A DNA stretch of 64,000 nucleotides from Fidelibacterota bacterium (GTDB taxonomy: Bacteria > Fidelibacterota > UBA8477 > JABMPR01): contig JAERTH010000031.1 of NCBI GenBank assembly GCA_016844955.1, positions 16,087-80,086 of the forward strand. Direction: 5' to 3'. The position numbers and the translations under genes are program-made. Positions 39,216 through 49,399 of the stretch are shown piece by piece. Within the stretch, counting starts at the first letter, position 1. The number at the start of each line of letters is the position of its first letter. The notes beneath the pieces are model-generated. The model did no database searches. It was not told the origin of the DNA and worked only from the letters and a program-made list of their open reading frames with translations.

Positions 39216-42200
39216 TCAGTACAGGAATTTCATAATGAACATGGCGCCAATTCCGGCTAGCGTTATCAGAAACGCACCCATCTTGCGAATGGGCGTTTTG
39301 GGATCCTGGAAGACATTCACTTCAAACTCATGAAAGCTTGAGGAACCCCGGGAATCAGTGAGTTCAATAATAAATTTATTAGCACCGTCATTTGAAGCAT
39401 CTGGGATCCAGGTAATGAGACCTTCTTCTTCAATCATATTTGCTCCGTTGGGGAGCAGGATTTTTGAGTAACTGATCTTATCCTCGTTCAGGTCACGTGA
39501 GGACATTTGATAACGATACTCCCGATCCATGAGAACAACGGCAGATGGCGTTGATGTGACTTCCGGCAAGGCATTCACAAACAAATCCACTTTTTGCACA
39601 TTGGTTATAAAGCCGTCATTTACGCTGACCTTGAACTGGGCTTGATTGATCTGGTCGATTTCGGGTGTCCAGCGCAGGATGGAACCCTCAGTAAGTTTTA
39701 CGCCTGCGGGTGCGTCAAACACTTTGTATACGAGCTCCTGATCCGTATTCAAATCAAGGGCTTTGATTTCGTAGACATATTCCTGACCGGCAATTGCCAT
39801 GGTATCCGCTGTGGACACAATAGCAGGAGGTGCATTGGCATAAATGGCAAATTTAAAGGTGTCTGAGCTGTACTTGTCTGACACTTTCACAAAAACTTCA
39901 TTCCAACCTTTTTGGGCTTTGGTTGGGGTCCAGGCAACCTGTCCATTTGCAGAGATTTTCATCCCCTTTGGGGCTGTCAAAAATGCATAGTTAAGCTTTT
40001 GCTCTTTGTTCAGGTCCGTGACGGGAATGGTAGTTGTATACGGACGGGCCACTGTTGCCAGCGTATCAATACTCTTTCCCAGAACAGGTGGACTATTTAC
40101 ATAGACCGTGACCTTCTGAAGATCATCTCTCAGGCCATCAGATACAGAAATGGTGAAGGTTTGTCTGCCCAGTTCGGCCTCCGTTGAGGTCCAGGTGATA
40201 TGCCCTCTGCGACTGATAGTCAGGTTGGGTATGCTGCTTTCGGACAGAAGAAAACTTATATCCTGATTGTTGTTGGGATCATTGACTTCCACATTGTAAT
40301 GCCAGGGTTTGCCCACATGTACATGTTCTTCATATTTCGAAATAATCACGGGGGAAGTATTGGCGAACAGGGTTAAGGAATCCAGCGTCGTGGACATGTC
40401 ATCTGTGAGTTCAAACAGGATATCATGAAACCCGGTTTGTTGTGGACCGGGAACCCAGGTGATTCGTCCTGAGGATTCCATGACAAGATTTTTTGGTGTA
40501 CGCAAAGGAATCAGACGTGCCGTATTATTTTTGTTCTTATCTTGAATGTTTACCTGGCCGATATAGGGTTCATTGATAAAGGCCACTGGTCCTGGTTTCT
40601 CAATGATCAGCGGTAAAATGTTAACATACAGTGTGAATTTCTGTAGTGCGCGCTCAAAGCCATCACTGACACTCAGCGTCACATACTGTGAGTCGAGTTG
40701 TGTGTCGCTGGGGAGCCAACGAACCAAGCCTTCTTCATCAACCTGCATTCCAGCCGGGGAGGCGATTAGTTCATATTCAAAATATTGTTCATCATTTAAA
40801 TCTTCGAGTTGAACCTGGTAGAGATATTGTTGTCCAGTTTCAGCCAGGGGGCTTGGATTTGAAAAAATCTCAGGGATATGATTTACATACAGACTGAAAG
40901 TAGTATCCAACTGTTGTCCAAATGAATATGAAATCTGGTGATAACCCAGTTGGTCTGAACCGGGTGTCCATCTCAGTATAAAATCTTTTCCAAGACGCAT
41001 TCCCTCAGGATAAGTCTTGAATTTGACGTAGGCCTGACCCGGATCAATTTCATCCTGTCGTGGGATACTATGCACAAAACTTTCTCCAGCATGGAGGATG
41101 ACATCTGGTGTTTTGGGCTTTCTTCTAATTTCCGGGAGGGCAGCTATATCTTCCACAGGCTCAGCAGTCAGCTTCTCCAGCAGCGGCGGATGCTTGTCCA
41201 TATCTTCCATCAAATCTTCAGAGGGCTGATCATCTTCCTCAACCTCAGGTGCTTCAGCTACGGGTTCCGGGTCGCCCAGGCCAACAGCAAAAAATTGTGT
41301 CTTCCCCTGTTTCTCAAGCAGAAGCCCATCGTGAAAAGCAAGGGCGCCTGAAGCAAACAAATCCTCGTCAACCAGTGCTCTGAATTGATCAAAACCACTT
41401 CCCGCAGCTGATTGCTCCAGATAGTGGACCCGGTTACCGGTGCGGATAAGGGCCTCGGTCAGACCATCTCCATCCAGGTCGGAGAATGTGAGTTGATGTA
41501 CAGGATCTGAAAAAGACTTCCAGATTGAGCTGCCAACGCTGGCATCGTATTGGTATAGGTTGCCCTTAGAGCTACCCAGAAAGATTTTCTCTTTTGATGA
41601 TCCATCAAGAGCAGCGACGGCGATTCCCAGGGATTTGATTACTTCAGCGCCACCATTCTTGAGTTTCAGGGATGAAAGAGAGCGGGTTGTATATTTGTCT
41701 TCACTTCGCGAAGTAATTACCGCAGAATTAAACTTTGATCCTCTTTTTTGAAAAAGAACGATTTCCTCTTTCCCGTCATTTTCAACATCATTCAACTGAA
41801 GTAGAATTGACGCTGGAGTCTTGGACATATCCACAGGGAGCCCGGCATATTCAATCTCAATGTTTGAAGCAGTCAAATCACCTTTGAATTCAACTATCAG
41901 CAGGTTGGGCTGAGGTGCGCTGAGAGAGATTATCAGCTCGCTGAGACCATCAGCATCAACGTCTCCCGCTTCAATTTGTACGGGACGGGCGTAAAGACCG
42001 TTATCTGGTGTCCACCCCCACTGAAAGCTGGGGATAAAATCAAATTCAGAGCCAGACCACTCAAACCCGTAGACCCACGGGGCACTGTTGCCTGAGGATG
42101 CTGAGATCAATTTACTGATAGCGACCAACTCAGGTCGACCGTTCAAATTCAGGTCAGTCAGTGTGAAATCAGCCCATTCACCAACCAGGTTTTCAGGCAG

Positions 42201-42446
42201 GGCAAAGCGCCAGGTAATCTCAAAATTACCATCCGGTGAGACTTCAAATGTGATTAACTCAGACCGGTTACCGGCCACTTTCCGAATTGCACCAAAATCA
42301 TTGTTTCCATTGTGATCCAAATCCCCCAGGTTCATTAAATGACCAATGTCACGGAGACCATCGGTTGCCCAGAGACTGCTGGCCGTAAGTATGACCATCA
42401 AGATACGACGTACTATAACATGGCTAAAAAAATGTCTGCTCATCAT
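39216..42446 (-). CDS. Large exported protein: FG-GAP/VCBS-like head, acidic linker, about 7 cadherin/He_PIG-like Ig repeats, C-terminal TM
   Basis: DLDxxG motifs; repeated N..P....Y.Y...D.N...P.GM....G...W.P...Q...VSDG; hydrophobic C-terminus. Confidence 0.8.
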   Translation of the reverse strand: MMSRHFFSHVIVRRILMVILTASSLWATDGLRDIGHLMNLGDLDHNGNNDFGAIRKVAGNRSELITFEVSPDGNFEITWRFALPENLVGEWADFTLTDLNLNGRPELVAISKLISASSGNSAPWVYGFEWSGSEFDFIPSFQWGWTPDNGLYARPVQIEAGDVDADGLSELIISLSAPQPNLLIVEFKGDLTASNIEIEYAGLPVDMSKTPASILLQLNDVENDGKEEIVLFQKRGSKFNSAVITSRSEDKYTTRSLSSLKLKNGGAEVIKSLGIAVAALDGSSKEKIFLGSSKGNLYQYDASVGSSIWKSFSDPVHQLTFSDLDGDGLTEALIRTGNRVHYLEQSAAGSGFDQFRALVDEDLFASGALAFHDGLLLEKQGKTQFFAVGLGDPEPVAEAPEVEEDDQPSEDLMEDMDKHPPLLEKLTAEPVEDIAALPEIRRKPKTPDVILHAGESFVHSIPRQDEIDPGQAYVKFKTYPEGMRLGKDFILRWTPGSDQLGYHQISYSFGQQLDTTFSLYVNHIPEIFSNPSPLAETGQQYLYQVQLEDLNDEQYFEYELIASPAGMQVDEEGLVRWLPSDTQLDSQYVTLSVSDGFERALQKFTLYVNILPLIIEKPGPVAFINEPYIGQVNIQDKNKNNTARLIPLRTPKNLVMESSGRITWVPGPQQTGFHDILFELTDDMSTTLDSLTLFANTSPVIISKYEEHVHVGKPWHYNVEVNDPNNNQDISFLLSESSIPNLTISRRGHITWTSTEAELGRQTFTISVSDGLRDDLQKVTVYVNSPPVLGKSIDTLATVARPYTTTIPVTDLNKEQKLNYAFLTAPKGMKISANGQVAWTPTKAQKGWNEVFVKVSDKYSSDTFKFAIYANAPPAIVSTADTMAIAGQEYVYEIKALDLNTDQELVYKVFDAPAGVKLTEGSILRWTPEIDQINQAQFKVSVNDGFITNVQKVDLFVNALPEVTSTPSAVVLMDREYRYQMSSRDLNEDKISYSKILLPNGANMIEEEGLITWIPDASNDGANKFIIELTDSRGSSSFHEFEVNVFQDPKTPIRKMGAFLITLAGIGAMFIMKFLY

Positions 42447-42572
42447 GGGAACCCATTTCTTTACGATTAAAACTATTTGAATCCTACTCCAAACTTTTAA
42501 TCAATTTATGGGGCTAAGCTACTGTATGCAATATAAATTTAAGCTGACACTTAAAGTAAATTCTTAAAAGAC

Positions 42573-42601
42573 TTGTGTAAAAAAATGAGAGATGGTATAT
42601 T
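42573..42601 (+). promoter_or_regulatory. Putative sigma70 promoter
   Basis: TTGTGT-N17-TATATT with an extended -10 TG. Confidence 0.5.
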
Positions 42602-42720
42602 GTGTCAACTGCTTGATTATTGTCGAGAAGAAGTGCAAGTTGTTTGACGATACCAGGGGTGTTATTCCCTAGAAGTGATCGTTTGCATTCTGCTGGTTGA
42701 ACCAGGGAGGTACAGAGAAA

Positions 42721-43485
42721 ATGAAATCATGGCTGAAACTTATAATTTCTACGATGCTAATTACAGGTTCACTCCTGGCACAATTTGCCGAGGGACAACC
42801 CGTATTAAAGGGTGCTATTGGACCCGCATTCTCATATATGGTTGCTTTCCAGTTGGATGAGACCGCATTTGGAGCTCTGGGTACCTTCCAGCAAGATTTT
42901 GATCTTTCAGATGCAGGAACTTCGGTGATTAATAATGATGGAATGGTTGTCACTGGCTTTGAAGGCTTTGGTGAAATTACACCACATTGGACCATCGGTA
43001 TGTATGCCGGGCAGGGTGAATATCTGGCATACGCCCAGGATAATCTGGCTCCTAATACAGATTACACAGTGAATTTTGTTTTAAGTAGTGTGGGTGTAAC
43101 GGCCGAGTTTAATACCCATTCTAGATCCAGGCTCAAGTTGTTAGCAGGTTCAATGTTTGGAATCGGACAGGCCTCCTTATCAGCCAGCTCTTCACCCGCC
43201 AACGAAAGTTGGACTGAAATTGTCTCTGGTAAAGAATCAGATGGTGTAACCGACTATGAAAGAAAAGCATTTGAGCTATCGTCCTGGACACCGGTTATAC
43301 AGCCATATATGGGGTTACGCTACGACATTTCCCGCTCCATGGGCTTCAAGACCATTGCCGGGTGGAATGAACAGGTTGCCTCAGCAGGCAGCTGGAAATT
43401 ATACCACAATAAAGTGATTAGTGATTCACCTGAAGTGCCTCTACGGGCATTGTTTTTCCGTTTTCAGCTCTATGTGATCCTTTAA
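42721..43485 (+). CDS. Small outer-membrane beta-barrel protein
   Basis: ATG 42721 after GGAGG; signal peptide; amphipathic strands. Confidence 0.65.
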   Translation: MKSWLKLIISTMLITGSLLAQFAEGQPVLKGAIGPAFSYMVAFQLDETAFGALGTFQQDFDLSDAGTSVINNDGMVVTGFEGFGEITPHWTIGMYAGQGEYLAYAQDNLAPNTDYTVNFVLSSVGVTAEFNTHSRSRLKLLAGSMFGIGQASLSASSSPANESWTEIVSGKESDGVTDYERKAFELSSWTPVIQPYMGLRYDISRSMGFKTIAGWNEQVASAGSWKLYHNKVISDSPEVPLRALFFRFQLYVIL

Positions 43486-43675
43486 ACGGTATATGAGGAC
43501 GTTTAGCCGCTCCTTGATCATTATTGAAGAATCACTCCCGCAAAGCGACATCAATTTGTTTATAATTATCTTGTAACACCCAAATGGGTGCTTTCATCAA
43601 ATCAATACGGTCATTATTTTAGAAGCCGTTATTTAAATTGGAACCTTATAAGGATACCAGGATTAATAAAGAGTT

Positions 43676-45271
43676 ATGAAAACCTTAAAATATATATCAG
43701 TCGTCACCCTTGTTCTGTTAGGAATTTTTGCACTGAGCCCTTCTGGCCAGGCTCTTTTTGCACAGGGGAGTGATTTTTACGATAAATGGCGAGATTTTCA
43801 GGACATGGTCAAAATCATCAACACCAACTATGTTGAGGATGTTGATTGGGATAAAACCATGATCGGCGCTCAAAACGGGCTAATGGAGGCCCTGGACCCC
43901 CATTCTGTTTATATCGGCGCTGAACGGATGGATCAGATCAATGAAAGTTTCCGGGGCAATTTTGAAGGCATCGGAATTGAATTTGATATTATTGACGATT
44001 ATATCACGGTTATCACACCAATTGTTGGTTCCCCCTCAGATGGTTTGCTAGCTCCCGGTGATCAGATTATTAAAATCGATGATGCTTCAGCTTTCAAAAT
44101 TACCAGGGATGGTGTTTTCGATAAATTGCGGGGACCCAAGGGCTCGCGTGTGGATCTTGAGATTGCCAGACTTGGTGAGACCGAGCTAATACCAGTTACT
44201 ATTTTCAGAGACAAAATTCCTATCTATAGCGTTTTAGCAAAATTTGTCATGGATGACGGCACGGGATACATCCTGCTGAACCGTTTTGCGGCTACGACTT
44301 CCAATGAAGTCATCGCGGCTATTGGCGAATTGCAGGCTCAAGGCATGGAACGACTCATTATTGATTTACGGAATAACAGTGGCGGATATATGGACGAGGT
44401 TGTAAAAATCGTTGACCACATCCTGCCTGGGGGCGAAAAAATTCTTTCCACAAAAGGCCGGCTCAAAAATGCCAATGAGGAAATGTACTCCAAGCATAAG
44501 GCCACCTTCTATAAGCAACCTGTGATTGCGATTATCAATAAGGGTTCTGCCTCGGCCAGCGAGATTTTAGCGGGTGCCTTACAGGACCTCGATCGAGGAG
44601 TGGTTGTAGGCGAAACCAGCTTTGGCAAGGGCCTGGTACAGCGCCAATACCCCTTGAGGGATGGATCTGCAGTTCGAGTAACTGTAGCTCGCTATTACAC
44701 ACCAAGTGGCCGTTTGATTCAGCGCGAATATGAGAATGGTGAGAGCCAGGACTATTATGCTGAGTTATATGACAAAGATTATGGCAAGGATACGACGAAA
44801 CTTGAGGACAGGCCAACCTATAAAACCAAGATGGGTAGAACTGTGTATGGCGGTGGCGGTATCAGTCCTGATTATGAGCTTGAGGACCCAGCCACCATTT
44901 CTAAAGATTTAGCCAAAGTTAGGCGCAATGATATTCGATTCTTCTTCAAAATTGCTTCAGATTATGCGGCAAAACATCCTGAACTGGCACAGGATTGGCC
45001 TGCCTTCATGGAGAGTTTTGAAGTAGAAGATGCCTTGATGAATGAGGTCTACGAAAAAATATTTGCTCTTGAGGATCTCGAATTGGATGAAGAAACCATC
45101 CGTGGGGATGAAAGAACGATTCGGTATTACATAAAGAGCGAACTGGCAGGAAAACTCTGGGGAAGAAACGAGCAGTATCAGGTTCGTACGCTAATGGATA
45201 ATCAAATCCAGGAAGCGCGTAAATACTTTGAAAAAGCACGTGAAATTGCAGAGGCTGCAGATTATTTGTAA
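43676..45271 (+). CDS. ctpA: S41A carboxyl-terminal processing protease (PDZ)
   Basis: LDPHS, FEGIGI (PDZ), DLRNNSGG, SASASEI, SFGKGLVQ, YYTPSGR. Confidence 0.92.
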   Translation: MKTLKYISVVTLVLLGIFALSPSGQALFAQGSDFYDKWRDFQDMVKIINTNYVEDVDWDKTMIGAQNGLMEALDPHSVYIGAERMDQINESFRGNFEGIGIEFDIIDDYITVITPIVGSPSDGLLAPGDQIIKIDDASAFKITRDGVFDKLRGPKGSRVDLEIARLGETELIPVTIFRDKIPIYSVLAKFVMDDGTGYILLNRFAATTSNEVIAAIGELQAQGMERLIIDLRNNSGGYMDEVVKIVDHILPGGEKILSTKGRLKNANEEMYSKHKATFYKQPVIAIINKGSASASEILAGALQDLDRGVVVGETSFGKGLVQRQYPLRDGSAVRVTVARYYTPSGRLIQREYENGESQDYYAELYDKDYGKDTTKLEDRPTYKTKMGRTVYGGGGISPDYELEDPATISKDLAKVRRNDIRFFFKIASDYAAKHPELAQDWPAFMESFEVEDALMNEVYEKIFALEDLELDEETIRGDERTIRYYIKSELAGKLWGRNEQYQVRTLMDNQIQEARKYFEKAREIAEAADYL

Positions 45272-45318
45272 AAGGGGTCCGGATTGCCTAGAAACTCGGG
45301 GACTGGACTGGAATTTGA

Positions 45319-45347
45319 TTGACTTTCGAGACGTATCCAACTATGAT
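45319..45347 (+). promoter_or_regulatory. Putative sigma70 promoter of exbB operon
   Basis: TTGACT-N17-TATGAT; AGGAGG RBS before exbB. Confidence 0.6.
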
Positions 45348-45402
45348 TGTGCGCTTGGTCAAATCAAGTTGAAATTTATATAGGATTAGGAGGTAATTCC
45401 GG

Positions 45403-46014
45403 ATGGTTCAGTGGTTTTATAACGGTGGTCCCTTTATGTGGCCAATTCTTGGGGTCTTTATTTTTGGGCTGGTTTTTGTTGTTGAGCGTTTCTTGAGTTT
45501 GATGAAAACTACAATGCAGACAAAATCTTTTTTAAAGCAAATTGATGTTACTCTGAAAGAACAGGGTGTTGAGGCGGCAATGGAAGTTTGTCGCAGTACA
45601 CCTGGATCAGTACCTCAAATTTATCTGGCTGGTCTCTCTAGAGCCGATCGTGGCACGGTAGCTGTTGAAAAAGCTATTGAGAGTGCTGGATCAATTGAGA
45701 TGTCATTTCTCGAGAATAACATGATTTGGTTATCAACCGTTGTTTCTTTAGCCCCAATGCTCGGATTTACCGGAACTGTATTCGGTATGGTTCAGGCTTT
45801 CGATTCAATCGCGGCTGCCAATGATATCCAACCTGCCCTTGTTGCAGTTGGTATCTCAATGGCCTTGTTAACAACCCTCTTTGGTCTGGTTGTAGCTATG
45901 ATTATTCAGTTTGCTCAGAATGTTTTCACATTCATGATTGACAAATTGATCATCAAAATGGAAGAATCTTCATTAGATCTTATCGACACCATCGAGACTC
46001 TGGAGAAGAAATAA
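45403..46014 (+). CDS. exbB: MotA/TolQ/ExbB proton channel
   Basis: GGPFMWPI, APMLGFTGTVFGM, ALLTTLFGL. Confidence 0.9.
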   Translation: MVQWFYNGGPFMWPILGVFIFGLVFVVERFLSLMKTTMQTKSFLKQIDVTLKEQGVEAAMEVCRSTPGSVPQIYLAGLSRADRGTVAVEKAIESAGSIEMSFLENNMIWLSTVVSLAPMLGFTGTVFGMVQAFDSIAAANDIQPALVAVGISMALLTTLFGLVVAMIIQFAQNVFTFMIDKLIIKMEESSLDLIDTIETLEKK

Positions 46015-46043
46015 AAACACCATAACCGGGGTTAGTTGATACT

Positions 46044-46463
46044 ATGTTGGTAAAGAAAAAAAGAAATAAAAGCGGTGGTGAGATACCCACAGCATCCCTC
46101 CCGGATATTGTGTTCATGTTACTGCTCTTTTTCCTGGTTACGACCACCATTGATATGGATAAAGGTCTGGGAATGGTTTTGCCAGAAAAAGGGGATTCTC
46201 AAGTCGAAGTCCACAAGAAGAATATCACTAATATTTTGATAAATGCTTCAGGGAAAATCGCCTTGAGTCATGAGGGTGAAATTCGTTTGATTGATGTTCG
46301 TGAGCTAAAGCAGATCGCCAAGCAACTTCTGGCAACCAATGACAAAATGATCTTTTCTGTCAAAACGGCGTCTCAGACAAAGTACAAAGATTATGTTGAC
46401 GTAATTGACCAGCTAAAGCAGGCCAACGCGACTCGAATTTCCATTGCTGACCCGGAGAGTTAG
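46044..46463 (+). CDS. exbD: ExbD/TolR
   Basis: PTASLPDIVFMLLLFFLV with the conserved TM Asp. Confidence 0.9.
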   Translation: MLVKKKRNKSGGEIPTASLPDIVFMLLLFFLVTTTIDMDKGLGMVLPEKGDSQVEVHKKNITNILINASGKIALSHEGEIRLIDVRELKQIAKQLLATNDKMIFSVKTASQTKYKDYVDVIDQLKQANATRISIADPES

Positions 46464-46466
46464 ATC

Positions 46467-46874
46467 ATGCGCTTAAAACGAAAAATGAAAGTTGAAGCCG
46501 GGATTCCTACATCCTCGCTTCCTGATATTATCTTCATGTTGCTGATCTTTTTCATGGTTGTGACCGTTCTGCGTGAATTTCAGGGCTTAAAGCTCATCCT
46601 TCCCGAGGCTAAAAAAATTGCCAAGCTCGAAGGTAATAAGCACGTTTCACATATCTGGGCTACCGCAGAGGGATCAATTTCCATTGATGATCAAATTGTA
46701 GATATCGGGAAAATTCGGACAATTATGTATGACAAGGTTGTTGCTGATCCACAGTTGACCGTTTCACTGAAAGCTGATCGTCAAACGGAGATGGAAATTA
46801 TCACCGAAATTCACCAGGAGCTTCGAGAAGGCTCAGCTTTGAAGCTTAACTATTCAGCCAAACCGAGGGAGTAG
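46467..46874 (+). CDS. exbD: ExbD/TolR, second copy
   Basis: PTSSLPDIIFMLLIFFMV and LKAD. Confidence 0.9.
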   Translation: MRLKRKMKVEAGIPTSSLPDIIFMLLIFFMVVTVLREFQGLKLILPEAKKIAKLEGNKHVSHIWATAEGSISIDDQIVDIGKIRTIMYDKVVADPQLTVSLKADRQTEMEIITEIHQELREGSALKLNYSAKPRE

Positions 46875-46878
46875 AGAT

Positions 46879-47526
46879 ATGATTGAAAAACAACATTCTC
46901 ATATCTCGGTTAAGTTGCAGCATCGTAGGTACCTTGAAATTGGTGCCATGGTCGTGCTCCTGGTATTTACTTTGGTTTTGAAGGCTATACCAAAATTTGT
47001 TACTGAAGAGTTACCGCCACAGGCATATGTAGCACCTATTGAGAATATTGAGATTCCACCAGAAACTCAACAATTTGACAAACCACCACCACCCGCCCGT
47101 CCATCTATTCCTATTGAATCAGAAGATGAGGAAATCGATGAAGATTTCACCATTGAAGAGACAGACCTGGAAGATTTTGAGATTTTGGATGAGCCGCCAC
47201 CACCACCTGAAAGCAACGTGATTTTCATCGCTTATGATGAACCACCAGAGCCCATGGGTGGCTATGGAGCAATTCAGCAGGCTGTTGTCTATCCTGAAAT
47301 TGCTCGTGAAGCTGGTATCGAGGGTACGGTAATTGTCCAGGCAACAATAGGTAAAGATGGCCGAGTTAAGGAAACCATCATTTTGAAGGGTATCCCCAAA
47401 ACAGGTCTGGATGAAGCTGCCATGGATGCTATCAAAACCATCAAATGGAAACCAGCTTACCAGCGTGATAAACCAGTGACTGTTAGAATATCAGTTCCTG
47501 TGGTATTCCGTTTAAAGAACGGTTAA
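46879..47526 (+). CDS. tonB: Energy transducer TonB
   Basis: TM anchor, Pro/Glu-rich linker, YPEIAREAGIEG C-domain. Confidence 0.9.
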   Translation: MIEKQHSHISVKLQHRRYLEIGAMVVLLVFTLVLKAIPKFVTEELPPQAYVAPIENIEIPPETQQFDKPPPPARPSIPIESEDEEIDEDFTIEETDLEDFEILDEPPPPPESNVIFIAYDEPPEPMGGYGAIQQAVVYPEIAREAGIEGTVIVQATIGKDGRVKETIILKGIPKTGLDEAAMDAIKTIKWKPAYQRDKPVTVRISVPVVFRLKNG

Positions 47527-47550
47527 TACCAACCATCCCATTTACACCTC

Positions 47551-47580
47551 AAAGGCCGGATTTTCATCCGGCCTTTTTTT
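47551..47580 (+). terminator. Intrinsic terminator
   Basis: AAAGGCCGGAT / ATCCGGCCTTT plus T-tract. Confidence 0.85.
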
Positions 47581-47645
47581 ACTTAAGAAGAGAGCCATGC
47601 TCTCTTCTTAAGTAACCCTGGCGTAGCTTGGAAAGCGAAGCCGGG
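47581..47645. repeat. Perfect inverted repeat plus family C-like element
   Basis: ACTTAAGAAGAGAG / CTCTCTTCTTAAGT, then CCTGGCGTAGCTTGGAAAGCGAAGCCGGG. Confidence 0.55.
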
Positions 47646-47910
47646 TTAAACATCTCAGTTCAACCACATCTCCAGTAGAAATATTTAAATTAAAAATCTT
47701 CCAGTATGGATACATGGACGCATTCAATACCCCCTTAACAGCGTATAAAATGTCACAAAAAGCCCCTTGATCTTTGATAGTTCAAGTGATTACATTACTC
47801 ATGGGTCGAAAATTCGACTCGTGGTTCGATTTAATTGACATTGAATTTTTATCCAGGGCAAAAGGAGGACCTACAGGAAAAAAACTAATTCTAACATCTG
47901 GAGGTGAGTT

Positions 47911-48546
47911 ATGATTACACAGTATCCATGGGTATCAGTCAAGAATCATGAAAGAAAATTTATTGAAATCGGATTTATGATCACCTTGTTGGTAGCAATA
48001 ATATCATTCTATGCAGTTCCACAGTTTGGTCAAGCACCAATTTATAAGGAAGTGTATGTACCCCCGCCTTTGGAAGTGTATTCCATTCCCGCTACTGTTC
48101 AACCACCGGAAAAGATCATGCCCATGCTGCCAAGGGTTCTTGTCGAATCAGAAGACGATGAATTACTTGATGACATATCACCTGCGATTGATGTGGTAAT
48201 GAAGGGGATCGTCTCATTGGTTCCTCCGGCACCTCCTGAGCCACTTGATACTTACTTAGAACCGTGGATGGTGAGTGATAAGCCGATAATGATTGGCAGC
48301 ATGGTGGTGAATTATCCAGAAATTGCCAGAGAGGCAGGTATTGAGGGTAAGGTCACTATTACTGCATTTATTGGCAAGGATGGACAGGTCGAGAAAGCTA
48401 TAATTTTAAAAGGTCTCCCGAAAACAGGACTTGATGACGCTGCTATGACAGCGGTTCTCCAGAGTAGATTCACACCAGCCATGCAAATGGGGAAACCGGT
48501 ACCAGTAAAAATGAATATCCCCATTATATTTAGACTGAAAATGTGA
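47911..48546 (+). CDS. tonB: TonB paralogue
   Basis: Same layout as 46879; shares YPEIAREAGIEG, IGKDG and ILKG.PKTGLD. RBS GGAGG. Confidence 0.88.
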   Translation: MITQYPWVSVKNHERKFIEIGFMITLLVAIISFYAVPQFGQAPIYKEVYVPPPLEVYSIPATVQPPEKIMPMLPRVLVESEDDELLDDISPAIDVVMKGIVSLVPPAPPEPLDTYLEPWMVSDKPIMIGSMVVNYPEIAREAGIEGKVTITAFIGKDGQVEKAIILKGLPKTGLDDAAMTAVLQSRFTPAMQMGKPVPVKMNIPIIFRLKM

Positions 48547-48553
48547 TCACCAA

Positions 48554-48589
48554 AAACACCAGAGCCGAAAGATCTCGGCTCTGGTGTTT
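48554..48589. terminator. Bidirectional terminator
   Basis: AAACACCAGAGCCGA / TCGGCTCTGGTGTTT. Confidence 0.8.
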
Positions 48590-48610
48590 CTTAGCAATTC
48601 AATAGGTTGA

Positions 48611-49312
48611 TTACTTCTCTAGCGAATAATCTTGAGCATTATATAAGTTCCCACTTCCGGCTTCCCGTTTCAATAAAACAGGAACAAGTGCTCCCGGAAG
48701 AACTGAGTCGGGATGATTTGGAGCCTGCTGGCCTCCCATATCAGTTTGAAGCCAGCCTGGATCCATAAGATTCATTAACACATTTGTACCTGAAAGTGTT
48801 GGAACCATATCTCGGACATATCTATCAAGGGCAGCTTTAGAGCAACTGTACGGCATAAGCTGGGGCTCGTCAGCTATTCCAGAGGTGACATTAACGATTC
48901 GCCCCCATCGATTTTCCAGCATGTCTGGCAAAAAGGCATCAGCCAGTTTGGCTGGAACGATTGTATTGACCAGAAAACTCAGGCTGTATTCATCTGCGGT
49001 GGGCTTGAAAAGCGGCTGGTATTTGGTCATTATGGCAGCATTGTTATAAAGTATATCAAGGTGGTTGTTGGTCAACCCATGTACCTATTCGATCAAGGTC
49101 TCTACGGCAGAAATTGAGCTTAGCTCCGCAGCCACTGAATGTGCTTCGGCACCAGCGGCTTGCAGTCTTTCCTGCAAGTCACTGGTTCCCTTGAGGCTTC
49201 TTGAATGAAGGATTAGCTTGCATCCCTGTTTGGCGAGAGCCAGAGCAACACGCTTACCAACACCACGACTGGCTCCTGTTATCAGCGCCCAACGATTGTT
49301 TATATTCATCAA
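48611..49312 (-). pseudogene. Short-chain dehydrogenase/reductase interrupted by one in-frame TAG
   Basis: TGASRGVG lies before the TAG at 49087-49085. The same frame continues VHGLTNNHLDILYNNAA...YSCSK...PGWLQTDM. Confidence 0.85.
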
Positions 49313-49399
49313 ATTTGATTCCTGGTTGAATTTGGTATCACAAATTAATGGAAGTCCTGGTCATGGATAAGCGGTCATGCTCATAGCTCTTCCGAATGA

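Noticed and set aside
47800..47890. tRNA fragment (GGTTCGAT) or c-di-GMP riboswitch (GGGCAAA)
   Set aside because: No cloverleaf and no second GEMM stem can be built.
49085..49087. Genome-wide TAG reassignment (tempting given GatDE)
   Set aside because: TAG ends CTD proteins exactly at the expected terminus (KMVNLK at 19509-19511, KMTYLK at 53446-53448).
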